A stretch of DNA of 40,419 bases, taken from positions 1-40,419 of the forward strand of contig JBDHFS010000002.1 of NCBI GenBank assembly GCA_039590285.1, in the 5' to 3' direction. The notes beneath the pieces were generated by a model. That model was not told the DNA's origin and made no database searches. It worked only from the letters and a program-made list of their open reading frames with translations. Positions within the stretch are counted from its first letter, which is position 1; each line of letters opens with the position of its first letter. The position numbers were made by a program, and so were the translations under genes. The stretch comes from Gemmatimonadota bacterium (GTDB lineage Bacteria > Gemmatimonadota > Gemmatimonadetes > Palauibacterales > Palauibacteraceae). This document shows positions 15,647 to 24,826 of the stretch, one piece after another.

Positions 15647-18070
15647 ATGGCTCTGAGCGAGACCGCCCGACGCGCGGAGTCACACGCGCTGGAGGTTCTG
15701 GAGTTTCCCCGCGTGCTCGAGCGGATCGCCTCACTGGCTGTCTCGGAGCCGGGCCGCCGGTCCGTGCGAGCGCTATCCCCGTTGCGCGACCCCGGGGCTG
15801 TCGCCGAGGCTCTCCGCACAACAGATGAGATGATCAGCCTGCTTCTCCGGTTCGAGGGCTGGTCGCCACCGCCTATACCCGACGCCGAAGGGCTCGTGAA
15901 GAAGCTGGGGACTGCGGGCTCGGTGCTCGAGGCGGAACAGCTGGGGGAGCTGAGTCGCCTGCTCAGGGCCTCCCGCCTGGTCCGAGCGGATCTGCGGCAG
16001 CTCCCGGATGACCTTCCCAGGCTGGACGCCCTGGGCGGCCGCATGGCGCGACTGGAGAAGGTGGAGACCCGCGTCGATCGTTCGCTCGACCCCACGGGCG
16101 GCCTCGCGGACGGCGCGTCGCAGGCCCTGGCCCGGCTTCGCCGGTCACTGCGCGACGGCCGTGCCGCGCTCGTCCGACGCCTCGAGCGGTACGTCCGGCA
16201 GCTCCCCGATCGGCTTCAGGTTTCCGACGCCTCCGTCACCGTGCGCTCGGGCCGGTACTGCGTCCCGATCCGGCGGGAGGGCCTCTCACACGTGGGGGGC
16301 ATCGTGCACGACGAGTCGGCGACTCACCAGACGCTGTTCGTCGAGCCGCCGGAGGCCATCGAAGCGATGAACCGGATCGCGGAGCTGGAGAGGGAGGAGG
16401 TGCGCGAGATCCAACGGGTGCTGAGCCAACTGACGGAGCTGTTGCGGCCGGAGGCGACCGTACTGGCGGCCAGCGTGGCCGCTCTCGCGGAGGCCGACTC
16501 CCTCTACGCGCGCGCACGCCTGGCTCTCGAACTGGGCAGTTCGCGACCCCACATCGGGCCGGGTCCTGAATCGGACGGCCGACCGGTGTACAGAGCCCGG
16601 GACGCCCGCCACCCGCTGCTGGATGGCGGCGGTGATCCGGTCGTCCCGTTCCACCTGGATCTGAACGCGGACGAGCGGGTCCTCCTCATCAGCGGTCCCA
16701 ACGCGGGAGGGAAGACGGTTCTGTTGAAGGCGGTCGGCCTTCTTTCAGCGATGGCTCAGGCCGGAATCGTGCCTCCCGTGGCTCCAGGAAGCCGCTTTCC
16801 TCTGTTTCGGTCGTTCTTCGCGGTCATCGGTGACGAGCAATCGATCCAGGCGGCGCTCTCGACATTCAGCGCCCAGGCGGAGAGCCTTCGAGAGATTCTG
16901 CAGGAAGCGGACTCGGATTCGCTGGTCCTGATCGATGAGCTGGGCGGCAGTACGGATCCGGCGGAAGGGGCGGCTCTCGCCGCCGCCGTGCTCCTGAGGC
17001 TCGCCGGGCAGGCCGGGCTCACCGTCGCGACCACGCACCTCGGGGAGCTCAAGGATCTGGCGGCGGAGGAACGCTCCATCGTCAACGCGTCCCTCCAATT
17101 CGATACGAAAGCGCTGAGGCCGACTTTCAGGCTCGTGCGGGACCGACCGGGCCGAAGCTACGCGCTGGAGATCGCGCGTCGGCTGGGACTTCCGGACGAT
17201 GTGCTGGAGGTCGCCCGATCCCGGCTGTCGGGCGCCGAGCGCCGGATGGAGACCCTTCTGCGCCGGCTCGAGGAGACGGAATTGGAAATGGACCGGCTCG
17301 CGGCGGAGACGCGAGCGTCCACGCGCCGAAGCCATGAGACGGAGCTGCAGCTGACGGAGGCGGCCGAGCGACTTGCCCGCAGGGAAAGGGAGATCGAACG
17401 AGAAGCTCATCGCACGGCCGAGCGCTACCTGCTGGAAGCAAGACGAGAGGTGGAACGAGAGGTGGAGCGACTACGGCAGCGAGCGACCCGGTCGGAAACC
17501 GGATCGCTCGACGAGGCGGTCCGCGGAGCCCGGGCGGGCGTCGAGGAGCTGCTTCGCGAGAGCCGCCGCCGGCTGCCGGAAGAGGAGACCGCACGGGCTA
17601 CCGGACCGACGCCCGAGCCGATTCCAGGTGTACGGGTCCGCTCGATTTCGCTCGGTGTGGAGGGTCGCGTGCTGGAGATCAGGGAAGGGGAGGCGGTCGT
17701 CGATGCCGGAGGGCTGCGGTTCAACCTGAAACCGTCTGACCTCACCGTCTTGGGCGATGTCGAGGGCGGATCCCGCGAGCTTCGGGACCCGGGGCCTCCG
17801 CTGCCGGAAATCGCCCCCGCGACGGAGGTGGATCTGCGCGGCTTGCGAGTCGATGAGGTTGTGGGTGCGCTCGCTCCGGCACTGGACGCGGCCGTCATCA
17901 ACGACCTCCCTGCGGTCCGGATCATTCACGGGAAAGGGACGGGGGCCCTTCGACAGGAGGTCGCGCGCATCCTGGCGGCGGATGGACGCGTACGGGCCTT
18001 TCGCGCCGGAGGTTTCCAGGAAGGGGGCTCGGGCGTTACCGTAGTCGAGTTCGACGACACGGGCGACTGA
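15647..18070 (+). CDS. mutS2: Endonuclease MutS2 (MutS domain V ATPase + C-terminal Smr)
   Basis: Walker A ISGPNAGGKTVLLK, LVLIDELGGSTDP, a long coiled-coil linker, and the Smr domain (DLRGLRVDEV...IIHGKGTGALR). I use the ATG at 15647. Confidence 0.92.
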   Translation: MALSETARRAESHALEVLEFPRVLERIASLAVSEPGRRSVRALSPLRDPGAVAEALRTTDEMISLLLRFEGWSPPPIPDAEGLVKKLGTAGSVLEAEQLGELSRLLRASRLVRADLRQLPDDLPRLDALGGRMARLEKVETRVDRSLDPTGGLADGASQALARLRRSLRDGRAALVRRLERYVRQLPDRLQVSDASVTVRSGRYCVPIRREGLSHVGGIVHDESATHQTLFVEPPEAIEAMNRIAELEREEVREIQRVLSQLTELLRPEATVLAASVAALAEADSLYARARLALELGSSRPHIGPGPESDGRPVYRARDARHPLLDGGGDPVVPFHLDLNADERVLLISGPNAGGKTVLLKAVGLLSAMAQAGIVPPVAPGSRFPLFRSFFAVIGDEQSIQAALSTFSAQAESLREILQEADSDSLVLIDELGGSTDPAEGAALAAAVLLRLAGQAGLTVATTHLGELKDLAAEERSIVNASLQFDTKALRPTFRLVRDRPGRSYALEIARRLGLPDDVLEVARSRLSGAERRMETLLRRLEETELEMDRLAAETRASTRRSHETELQLTEAAERLARREREIEREAHRTAERYLLEARREVEREVERLRQRATRSETGSLDEAVRGARAGVEELLRESRRRLPEEETARATGPTPEPIPGVRVRSISLGVEGRVLEIREGEAVVDAGGLRFNLKPSDLTVLGDVEGGSRELRDPGPPLPEIAPATEVDLRGLRVDEVVGALAPALDAAVINDLPAVRIIHGKGTGALRQEVARILAADGRVRAFRAGGFQEGGSGVTVVEFDDTGD

Positions 18071-18135
18071 ACGGAGGACGAGCGAGAGATTGAAATGTGC
18101 CGCGCCTTCGCCGGCGAGATGGACAGCGGTCGACG

Positions 18136-19926
18136 ATGGTGAGTGACGCGCTGGTTCAGGAAATCCGGGAGCGCGCCGACATCCTGGACATCTGCAACGA
18201 GTTCGTCCGGCTGAAGAGATCCGGAAAGACGTACCGAGGCCCCTGCCCACTTCATGGTGGAGAGGGGCCGAATTTTTCGGTCGACCCCGCGCGTGGGATC
18301 TTCAAGTGCTTCGTGTGTGGCGAGGGTGGGGACGTCTTCTCCTTTCTGATGAAGCATCTCGGACTGGATTTCCCGAGCGCCGTTCGCCAGGTGGCGGCGC
18401 GTGTGGGCGTGGAGGTTCCGGAGGAAGGAGAGAAGCGCGAAGACCCCTGGGCTCACCTGTGGGAGGTCACCGCGTTTGCCGAGGAGTGGTTCCTCGCCAT
18501 GCTGGCTGAAGACAGCATCGGACTCCGGGCGCGGGAGTACCTGACCGGACGAGGCATCGAGCCGGAGGTCGCGGAGGAGCTGGGCATCGGATTCGCGCCG
18601 GACGGCTGGCGCGGACTTCGCGAAGCTGCCCAGTCCAGGGGGGTCCCGGAGGAGGATCTGCTCGAAGCGGGCCTGCTGGCCACGAGCGATCGGGCGGAGG
18701 AGCCCTACGACCGATTCCGCAATCGCCTCATGTTCTCTATCCGGGACCTTCGCGATCGCCCCATCGCGTTCGGCGGCCGGACGCTCGCTTCTCACGACGA
18801 GAAGACCCCAAAATACATCAACTCACCCGAGTCGCCGATCTTCCACAAGAGTCGTACTCTCTACGGCCTCAACCGGGCTCGCCATGCGATCCGGCGGGAG
18901 CGACGGGCACTGGTCGCCGAGGGCTTCATGGACGTGGTGTCCCTGCATACAGGTGGATTCCCGACGGCCGTGGCTCCGTTGGGCACCGCGCTCACGGCCG
19001 AGCAGGCGGATCTATTGCACCGTTACGCGAGCAAGGTCTACCTGCTGTACGACAGCGACTCGGCCGGCCTTCGGGCGACGTTCCGTGCGGGCGATGTGCT
19101 GCTCGCCGCCGGCTGTCATCCGCTGGTCGTCACGTTTCCGCCCGGCGAGGATCCCGACTCGGTTCAGCGCAAGGAAGGCACCGAGGCGCTGACCGCATAC
19201 CTGGAAGACGCCGTGGATGTGCTCGAGCGCAAGCTGCAGATCCTGGAGCGGCAGGGCTACCTCGATAACATCGAAGGTCGCCGTCGGGCCGTTGATGGCT
19301 TACTGAGTACGCTTCGCTCCGTCCGGGATCCGGCGTTGCTGGACATCTATCTCGCTCGAGCGTCGGAACGGACGGGAGTCCGGCGAGACACGCTGGTCGG
19401 CGAAGTGGCCAGAGAGCGAATGGCGCATCGTCCAAGGCGCGCCACCGCTGACGCCTCGTCGGCACGCACGTCCGAAGCTGAACGTCCGCCTCTGTCGCGC
19501 GCAGCCGAGCGGAGCCTGATGCTGCTTCTGGCCAGAGATGGGGGGCTCGTAGAGTTGGCCGCCGAGCGGGGTCTCGAGGGGAGACACTTTCGGGATTCGA
19601 TCCTGAGGCGCATCTATGAGTCCCTGCTCGGCGTGGGTGGAGAAGGCGGCGAGCTCGATGAGGAAGCGACGGCCGAGTGGGAAGCGCTGGGCTCTGACGG
19701 AACGGAAGTCGTGCACCCGCGCGACGCGTTCGACGAGACCGTCAGACGGATCCTGCACAGGGCTCAGCTGGACAGGATGGGGCAGATTGACCGCGAGCTC
19801 GAGCTTGCCGACGAGGAACAGGCGCGCCGACTTCTCGTCGAGAAGGAGAACATAGCGCGGGAGTTGAGAGAAGCCGGCGTTCCCATCAGCTTCCTGCGCC
19901 GCTACTCGGAGATCACTACGGCCTGA
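18136..19926 (+). CDS. dnaG: DNA primase
   Basis: Zinc-ribbon CPLHGGEGPNFSVDP...FKCFVCGEGGDVFSF, the RNA polymerase core, and TOPRIM (LVAEGFMDVVS...YLLYDSDSAG). Confidence 0.93.
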   Translation: MVSDALVQEIRERADILDICNEFVRLKRSGKTYRGPCPLHGGEGPNFSVDPARGIFKCFVCGEGGDVFSFLMKHLGLDFPSAVRQVAARVGVEVPEEGEKREDPWAHLWEVTAFAEEWFLAMLAEDSIGLRAREYLTGRGIEPEVAEELGIGFAPDGWRGLREAAQSRGVPEEDLLEAGLLATSDRAEEPYDRFRNRLMFSIRDLRDRPIAFGGRTLASHDEKTPKYINSPESPIFHKSRTLYGLNRARHAIRRERRALVAEGFMDVVSLHTGGFPTAVAPLGTALTAEQADLLHRYASKVYLLYDSDSAGLRATFRAGDVLLAAGCHPLVVTFPPGEDPDSVQRKEGTEALTAYLEDAVDVLERKLQILERQGYLDNIEGRRRAVDGLLSTLRSVRDPALLDIYLARASERTGVRRDTLVGEVARERMAHRPRRATADASSARTSEAERPPLSRAAERSLMLLLARDGGLVELAAERGLEGRHFRDSILRRIYESLLGVGGEGGELDEEATAEWEALGSDGTEVVHPRDAFDETVRRILHRAQLDRMGQIDRELELADEEQARRLLVEKENIARELREAGVPISFLRRYSEITTA

Positions 19927-19963
19927 CGGTCGTGCGCAGCGCACGGACCGGGATGGAGAGTCC

Positions 19964-20671
19964 ATGGAGGAGAGTATGGTAGAAGGCCTGCTTCAGTTGC
20001 AGGAGATAGACGTACAGATCGGGGAAAAACAGTCGAGACTCCTCGCCCTCACCACGGAGAGTGAGGAGCTGGCCCTGGAGCTCGAGACGTTGAAGAAAGA
20101 AACGGTCGGATTGAAGGCCAGGCTGGATGCGGCGGAGTCCGAGCTACGCAAGACGGAACGGACCGTGCAGGCGGGCAGGGCGACGCTGAAGCGTCTCCAG
20201 GCCCGAGCCCAGGAAGTGCACAACATGCGCGAGCATGCAGCCGCACGAGCCGAGGTCGACGCGGCGAGGCAGAACCTCGAGGCAGCGGAAGACGACATGC
20301 TGGATGCGATGCAGGAACAGGAGACCGCCCGCTCGGCCATGGTGGATCTCGAAGGTGACATCGCGAGCCGACAGGCCGAGTACGGACAGCGCATCGACCA
20401 GCTGTCCGGCGAAAGGAAGCGCCTGGAGGAGGAAATCGCCATTCAGCTCGACAAAAGGAGCAATCGCGCCCTCCGAGTCGACGAGCGGGCGCGCAGCCTG
20501 TACGACACCGCACGAGGGGGCCGGGCCGACAGCGCCCTGGCCCGCCTGGTCGACGGGGTGTGCGGGCATTGCTTCACGTCGATTCCCCTGCAGACGCAAC
20601 AGGTGATTCGGGCGGGTCGGGTGCTCGTGGTGTGCGAGACGTGCGGCGTCATCCTGCACGACACGCAGTAG
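19964..20671 (+). CDS. COG1579-type coiled-coil protein with C-terminal C4 zinc ribbon
   Basis: About 190 aa of coiled coil, then CGHCFTSIP...VVCETCGVIL. The alternative ATG at 19976 sits directly after GGAGGAGAG. Confidence 0.8.
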   Translation: MEESMVEGLLQLQEIDVQIGEKQSRLLALTTESEELALELETLKKETVGLKARLDAAESELRKTERTVQAGRATLKRLQARAQEVHNMREHAAARAEVDAARQNLEAAEDDMLDAMQEQETARSAMVDLEGDIASRQAEYGQRIDQLSGERKRLEEEIAIQLDKRSNRALRVDERARSLYDTARGGRADSALARLVDGVCGHCFTSIPLQTQQVIRAGRVLVVCETCGVILHDTQ

Positions 20672-20755
20672 CCGCGGCCGGTCTTCGTCGTCGCGTCCGC
20701 GGACCGGGTTCGTGACCCGGTGAGCCGTTCGCGCGGGACGCCACGCCGGTGGATC

Positions 20756-22447
20756 ATGCCTCTCCCGGTTCCACAGGCCCGGGTCGATCAGCTGTCCGAG
20801 GCGATCGGCCTGCCGCAGGAGGTCTCGCAGATCCTCATCCGACGAGGACTGGACTCCGCGGAAGACGCGCGGGGTTTCCTCAGACCCCACCTGTCGAGCC
20901 TCCACCCCGCGTCGGGCCTTCCAGACATCGAGCCGGCCATCGAGCGGATCGAGAGAGCGATCCGCCAGGGCGAGGTCGTCCTGGTGCACGGCGACTACGA
21001 CGCAGACGGAATGTCGGCTGCGGCGTTGCTGACGCTGGGCCTCCGGCAGCTCGGGGCTACAGCCGAGCCGTTCGTTCCGCATCGAACCAGAGACGGATAC
21101 GACCTGTCGGAGGCGGGACTCCAGCGCGCTCGTGAGAAGGACGCTTCGCTGATCCTGACGGCCGACTGCGGCGTTTCGGCCGTCTCCGCCGTTCGCGAAG
21201 CAGCGAACAGTGGAATCGACGTCATCGTCACGGACCATCACCGGCCGGGAGACCGGCTGCCGCCGGCCGTGGCGGTGGTTAACCCGATGCGCCGTGACAG
21301 CAAGTACGGGTTCCGAGACCTGGCGGGCGTCGGAGTGGCCTTCAAGCTGATCTCAGCACTGCACGAGCGTGCCGGCCTTCCTTCCCCGCAGCTCAACCAG
21401 CACCTGGATCTGGTGGCCATCGGGACAGTGGCCGACCAGATGCCCCTTACCGGCGAGAACCGGATTCTGGTACGTGCCGGGCTACGCGCCCTGGAGCACA
21501 GCCGAAAGCCGGGGATCAGATCTCTGCTGGCACACGCCGGGGTGCCGACGGACCATAGGGTCGAGACGGAGCACATCTCGTTCCGGGTCGCTCCCCGCCT
21601 GAATTCCGCGGGAAGAATGGCGGAGGCCGAGACGGGTCTGCGACTCCTTCTCACTTCCGATGATGCCGAGGCGGAGCGCCTCGCGGCTGACCTCGAGAGC
21701 CAGAACTCGACGCGGCGGGAAACAGATGCGCGCGTATTCGACGAGGTGCGTCGGCAGCTTGGAACACACTTCAGCGAGTCGGACAGGATCGCCGTCATCT
21801 GGGGAGATGACTGGCATCCAGGTGTGATCGGCATCGTCGCGTCCCGCCTGGTCGAGGAGCTGCACCGGCCCGCGGTCGTCATCGCATTCGACGGAGATGT
21901 GGGGCGTGGGTCAGCGCGCTCTCTCGACGGTTTCCACCTGTTCGATGCGCTTCAGGAGTGCGAGGGGCTACTGGAGCGTTTCGGTGGCCACCGGATGGCC
22001 GCGGGACTCACCGTCCGGCGCGAGAATGTGGAGTCTCTGGCCGCCCGACTGCGGGAGGTAGCGGCTCGCGAGATGCTCGGTGCGGACTCCGTTCACGAAC
22101 TGCGTCTGGACCTCGAAATCCCGTTGGCTCGAGCGAAACGGGATTTCCTCCGATGGCTGAATCATCTCGCGCCGTTCGGGCCCGGCAACCCGAGTCCGGT
22201 GCTCATGCTGCGTGGCGTCGAGCTGGATCGTCCGGCGAGAGTCGGCAACGATGGAGGCCATCTTCGGATGACTCTATCGGATGGGGATGGCCGTGTGTCG
22301 GCGATCGGGTTCGGCATGGGCTGGCGTATGCAGGAAGCCCGGTCACTGCACCGCGCGGACGTCGCCATCGAGTTGGCCGACAACCGGTGGAACGGCCGAC
22401 TGGAGCTACAAGCGCGAATTCTGGATTTCAGGCAGGCTGAGCGGTGA
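20756..22447 (+). CDS. recJ: Single-stranded-DNA-specific exonuclease RecJ
   Basis: DHH motifs VLVHGDYDADGMSAAALL, ILTADCG and VIVTDHH, plus DHHA1 (GGHRMAAG). Confidence 0.92.
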   Translation: MPLPVPQARVDQLSEAIGLPQEVSQILIRRGLDSAEDARGFLRPHLSSLHPASGLPDIEPAIERIERAIRQGEVVLVHGDYDADGMSAAALLTLGLRQLGATAEPFVPHRTRDGYDLSEAGLQRAREKDASLILTADCGVSAVSAVREAANSGIDVIVTDHHRPGDRLPPAVAVVNPMRRDSKYGFRDLAGVGVAFKLISALHERAGLPSPQLNQHLDLVAIGTVADQMPLTGENRILVRAGLRALEHSRKPGIRSLLAHAGVPTDHRVETEHISFRVAPRLNSAGRMAEAETGLRLLLTSDDAEAERLAADLESQNSTRRETDARVFDEVRRQLGTHFSESDRIAVIWGDDWHPGVIGIVASRLVEELHRPAVVIAFDGDVGRGSARSLDGFHLFDALQECEGLLERFGGHRMAAGLTVRRENVESLAARLREVAAREMLGADSVHELRLDLEIPLARAKRDFLRWLNHLAPFGPGNPSPVLMLRGVELDRPARVGNDGGHLRMTLSDGDGRVSAIGFGMGWRMQEARSLHRADVAIELADNRWNGRLELQARILDFRQAER

Positions 22448-23004
22448 CTCTGCGGATCATTGCCGGCGAGCTGGGAGGACGGAGAATCGACACCCCTCCG
22501 GGTTCCGGAACGCGGCCCACGCGCGAGGCCGTCCGGGAGGCCTGGTTCAGTGCCCTCGCCGAGCGGCTGCACGAAAGCCGGGTGCTGGACCTGTTCGCCG
22601 GCTCGGGTGCGCTGGGGATCGAAGCGCTGTCCAGAGGAGCCACCGTGGTGAGCTTCGTGGAAGCGGATCGGCACGCGTGCGAGGTCCTCAGGAAGAACCT
22701 GGAGCGCCTGGGGATCGAGGATCGAACGGAGGTGCGCTGCGGCGACGCCGAACGGTTCGTAGAGAACCTGGCTCGCGCGCGAAGGCGCGATTGGGATATC
22801 GTTGTGGCGGACCCTCCCTACGAGGGCCGGTGCAGCGAACGCCTGGTGGAGGCCTTCGATCGGTTCAGCTTCGCCAGCGTTCTATGCGTGGAGCATGCTC
22901 CCGGAATCCAGTTCTCACGGGAGGCGGACTGGCACCGCCGATACGGGGAGACGGCTCTGTCATTCTTCGTGGATCCGAAAGAAGGAACGCGCGCCCATGA
23001 GTGA
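22444..23004 (+). CDS. rsmD: 16S rRNA (guanine966-N2)-methyltransferase
   Basis: RIIAGELGGRRIDTPPGSGTRPT, VLDLFAGSGALGIEALSRGA and VVADPPY. GTGA overlap with the recJ stop. Confidence 0.9.
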   Translation: MTLRIIAGELGGRRIDTPPGSGTRPTREAVREAWFSALAERLHESRVLDLFAGSGALGIEALSRGATVVSFVEADRHACEVLRKNLERLGIEDRTEVRCGDAERFVENLARARRRDWDIVVADPPYEGRCSERLVEAFDRFSFASVLCVEHAPGIQFSREADWHRRYGETALSFFVDPKEGTRAHE

Positions 23005-23500
23005 GGAACGGATTGCCATCTATCCGGGCTCGTTCGACCCGCTGACACTGGGCCATGACGACATCATACAGCGCAGCCTGAAGCTGGTGGATCGGGTCGT
23101 GGTCGCGATCGCGGGAACGGCTACGCACGTCAAGGAGGCCGCGTTCACGCCGGAGGAGCGTGTTGCGCTGGTGCAGGAAGTGTACGCGGCCGAAGAACGA
23201 GTGGAGGTCGTCCTGTTCGAGGGTCTGCTGGTCGATTTCGCCAGACGAAGGGGTGCGCGGCTCATCGTCCGTGGCCTGCGCGCCGTGAGCGACTTCGAAT
23301 ACGAGTTTCAGATGGCGCTCATGAACCGTTCCCTGTGGCCCGAGATCGAGGTGATCTTCATGGCGCCGGCGAGCAGCTACACGTTTCTGAGTTCGTCCCT
23401 GGTGCGGGAGGTGGCGCGCCTGGGAGGCGACGTGTCGGATTTCGTCCCGCCGCAGGTGCGCCGGGAACTCGGGCGGGTGTACGGCGGACAGGGTAGTTGA
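22997..23500 (+). CDS. coaD: Phosphopantetheine adenylyltransferase
   Basis: IAIYPGSFDPLTLGHDDII, LIVRGLRAVSDFEYEFQMALMN and SSSLVREVARLGGDVS. The start overlaps the rsmD stop. Confidence 0.95.
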   Translation: MSEERIAIYPGSFDPLTLGHDDIIQRSLKLVDRVVVAIAGTATHVKEAAFTPEERVALVQEVYAAEERVEVVLFEGLLVDFARRRGARLIVRGLRAVSDFEYEFQMALMNRSLWPEIEVIFMAPASSYTFLSSSLVREVARLGGDVSDFVPPQVRRELGRVYGGQGS

Positions 23501-24477
23501 GCTTCCTCGAGCGACTCCGCGAACGCACTGCGGGGGGAAGGCTGCGGATAGGTTTTCCCGAGGCTCGCGAGCCGAGAACAGCCGAAGCCATCCGACGCCT
23601 CGCGGCCGATCGAGCAGTGCAGCCGGTGGTCGTCGAGGCGGCGTCAGACGTGTCGAGTCTCCTGGCGTCCAGCCCGGGCCTCGAGTTGCTGGATCCGTAC
23701 GCACCGGGGCGACGCGGCGAAGTAGCTGATCTCCTGCCGGAGGTTGGCACCGGAGGACCCGTCGATACCCTCCGCTTCGCCGTCGCACAACTGGCGAAGG
23801 GCCGGCTGGACGGCGTCGTCGCGGGCGCGCGAAGCTCCACGGGGGACGTGCTTCGCGCAGGCCTCAAGCTGCTCGGAACCGCTCCCGGCATACAGACAGT
23901 GTCGAGCTCCTTCTACATGGTCACTCGGCCATCCGATGAGGAGGAAGAGCAGGTCCTGTCGTTTACGGATGCCGGTGTGGTCCCCGAGCCGACGGCGGGG
24001 CAGCTGGCAGAGATCGCGGAGGCGGCCTGCCACGCGCGGCGCAAGATCGTGGGCGACGAGCCTCGCGTGGCTTTCCTGTCCTTCTCCACTCACGGATCGG
24101 CCGATGGGGATTCGGTCAGGAGAGTGAAGGAGGGCCTTCGCCTGTTTCGGAGCCGGCTGCCGGATGTTATGTGTGACGGAGAGCTACAGGTCGATGCAGC
24201 GCTTGATCCGGCCGTCGCGGCGCGAAAGGCGCCCGGCTCGCCGGTGGCCGGCAAGGCGAACGTACTGGTCTTCCCGAGCCTCGATGCCGGCAACATCGGT
24301 TACAAGCTCGTGCATCGCCTGGCCGGAGCGCACGCTCTCGGGCCCATACTCCAGGGCCTCGATCGGCCGTTGAACGACCTGTCGCGCGGAGCATCGTCGG
24401 CTGACATCGTTCACGTGGCGTACATTACGGCGCTGATGGCCGGCGAGGTGGCCGGAAGAAGCCCTGAATCACCCTAA
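23497..24477 (+). CDS. pta: Phosphate acetyltransferase (short PTA_PTB type)
   Basis: FSTHGSA, GELQVDAAL, ANVLVFPSLDAGNIGYKLVHRLAGA and GPILQGLDRPLNDLSRG. TTG start in a TTGA overlap with the coaD stop. No ackA lies in the window. Confidence 0.88.
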   Translation: MSFLERLRERTAGGRLRIGFPEAREPRTAEAIRRLAADRAVQPVVVEAASDVSSLLASSPGLELLDPYAPGRRGEVADLLPEVGTGGPVDTLRFAVAQLAKGRLDGVVAGARSSTGDVLRAGLKLLGTAPGIQTVSSSFYMVTRPSDEEEEQVLSFTDAGVVPEPTAGQLAEIAEAACHARRKIVGDEPRVAFLSFSTHGSADGDSVRRVKEGLRLFRSRLPDVMCDGELQVDAALDPAVAARKAPGSPVAGKANVLVFPSLDAGNIGYKLVHRLAGAHALGPILQGLDRPLNDLSRGASSADIVHVAYITALMAGEVAGRSPESP

Positions 24478-24492
24478 GCGCAGAGGGCAGGA

Positions 24493-24822
24493 ATGTTTTC
24501 GATCGCCGAGATGAACGGTATCACGGTCGTAGAAGTCAACGGCGAGCTGATCGTGGGTAACCGACACGAGCTGAAGAACACGGTGCTCGAGAGGTTGGAG
24601 ACGGGAGATCGCCGGTTTCTGATCGACTTCACCAGCTCCAGCTATATCGATTCGAGTGGTCTCGGGGTTCTGGTCAGCCTGTCCAAGAAGATCCGGGAAG
24701 CCGGCGGCGTACTTCGCCTGGCCGGGCTGAACGAGGATCTCCGGACGCTCTTCGAGCTCACCAAGCTGGACACACTCTTCCAGATCGCCGACACGCGGGC
24801 GCGGGCCCTGAGCGATTTCTGA
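24493..24822 (+). CDS. STAS-domain anti-sigma-factor antagonist (SpoIIAA/RsbV-like)
   Basis: 109 aa, with the conserved phosphorylatable-serine block YIDSSGLGVLVSL and LRLAGLNEDLRTLFELTKL. Confidence 0.88.
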   Translation: MFSIAEMNGITVVEVNGELIVGNRHELKNTVLERLETGDRRFLIDFTSSSYIDSSGLGVLVSLSKKIREAGGVLRLAGLNEDLRTLFELTKLDTLFQIADTRARALSDF

Positions 24823-24826
24823 AGCC

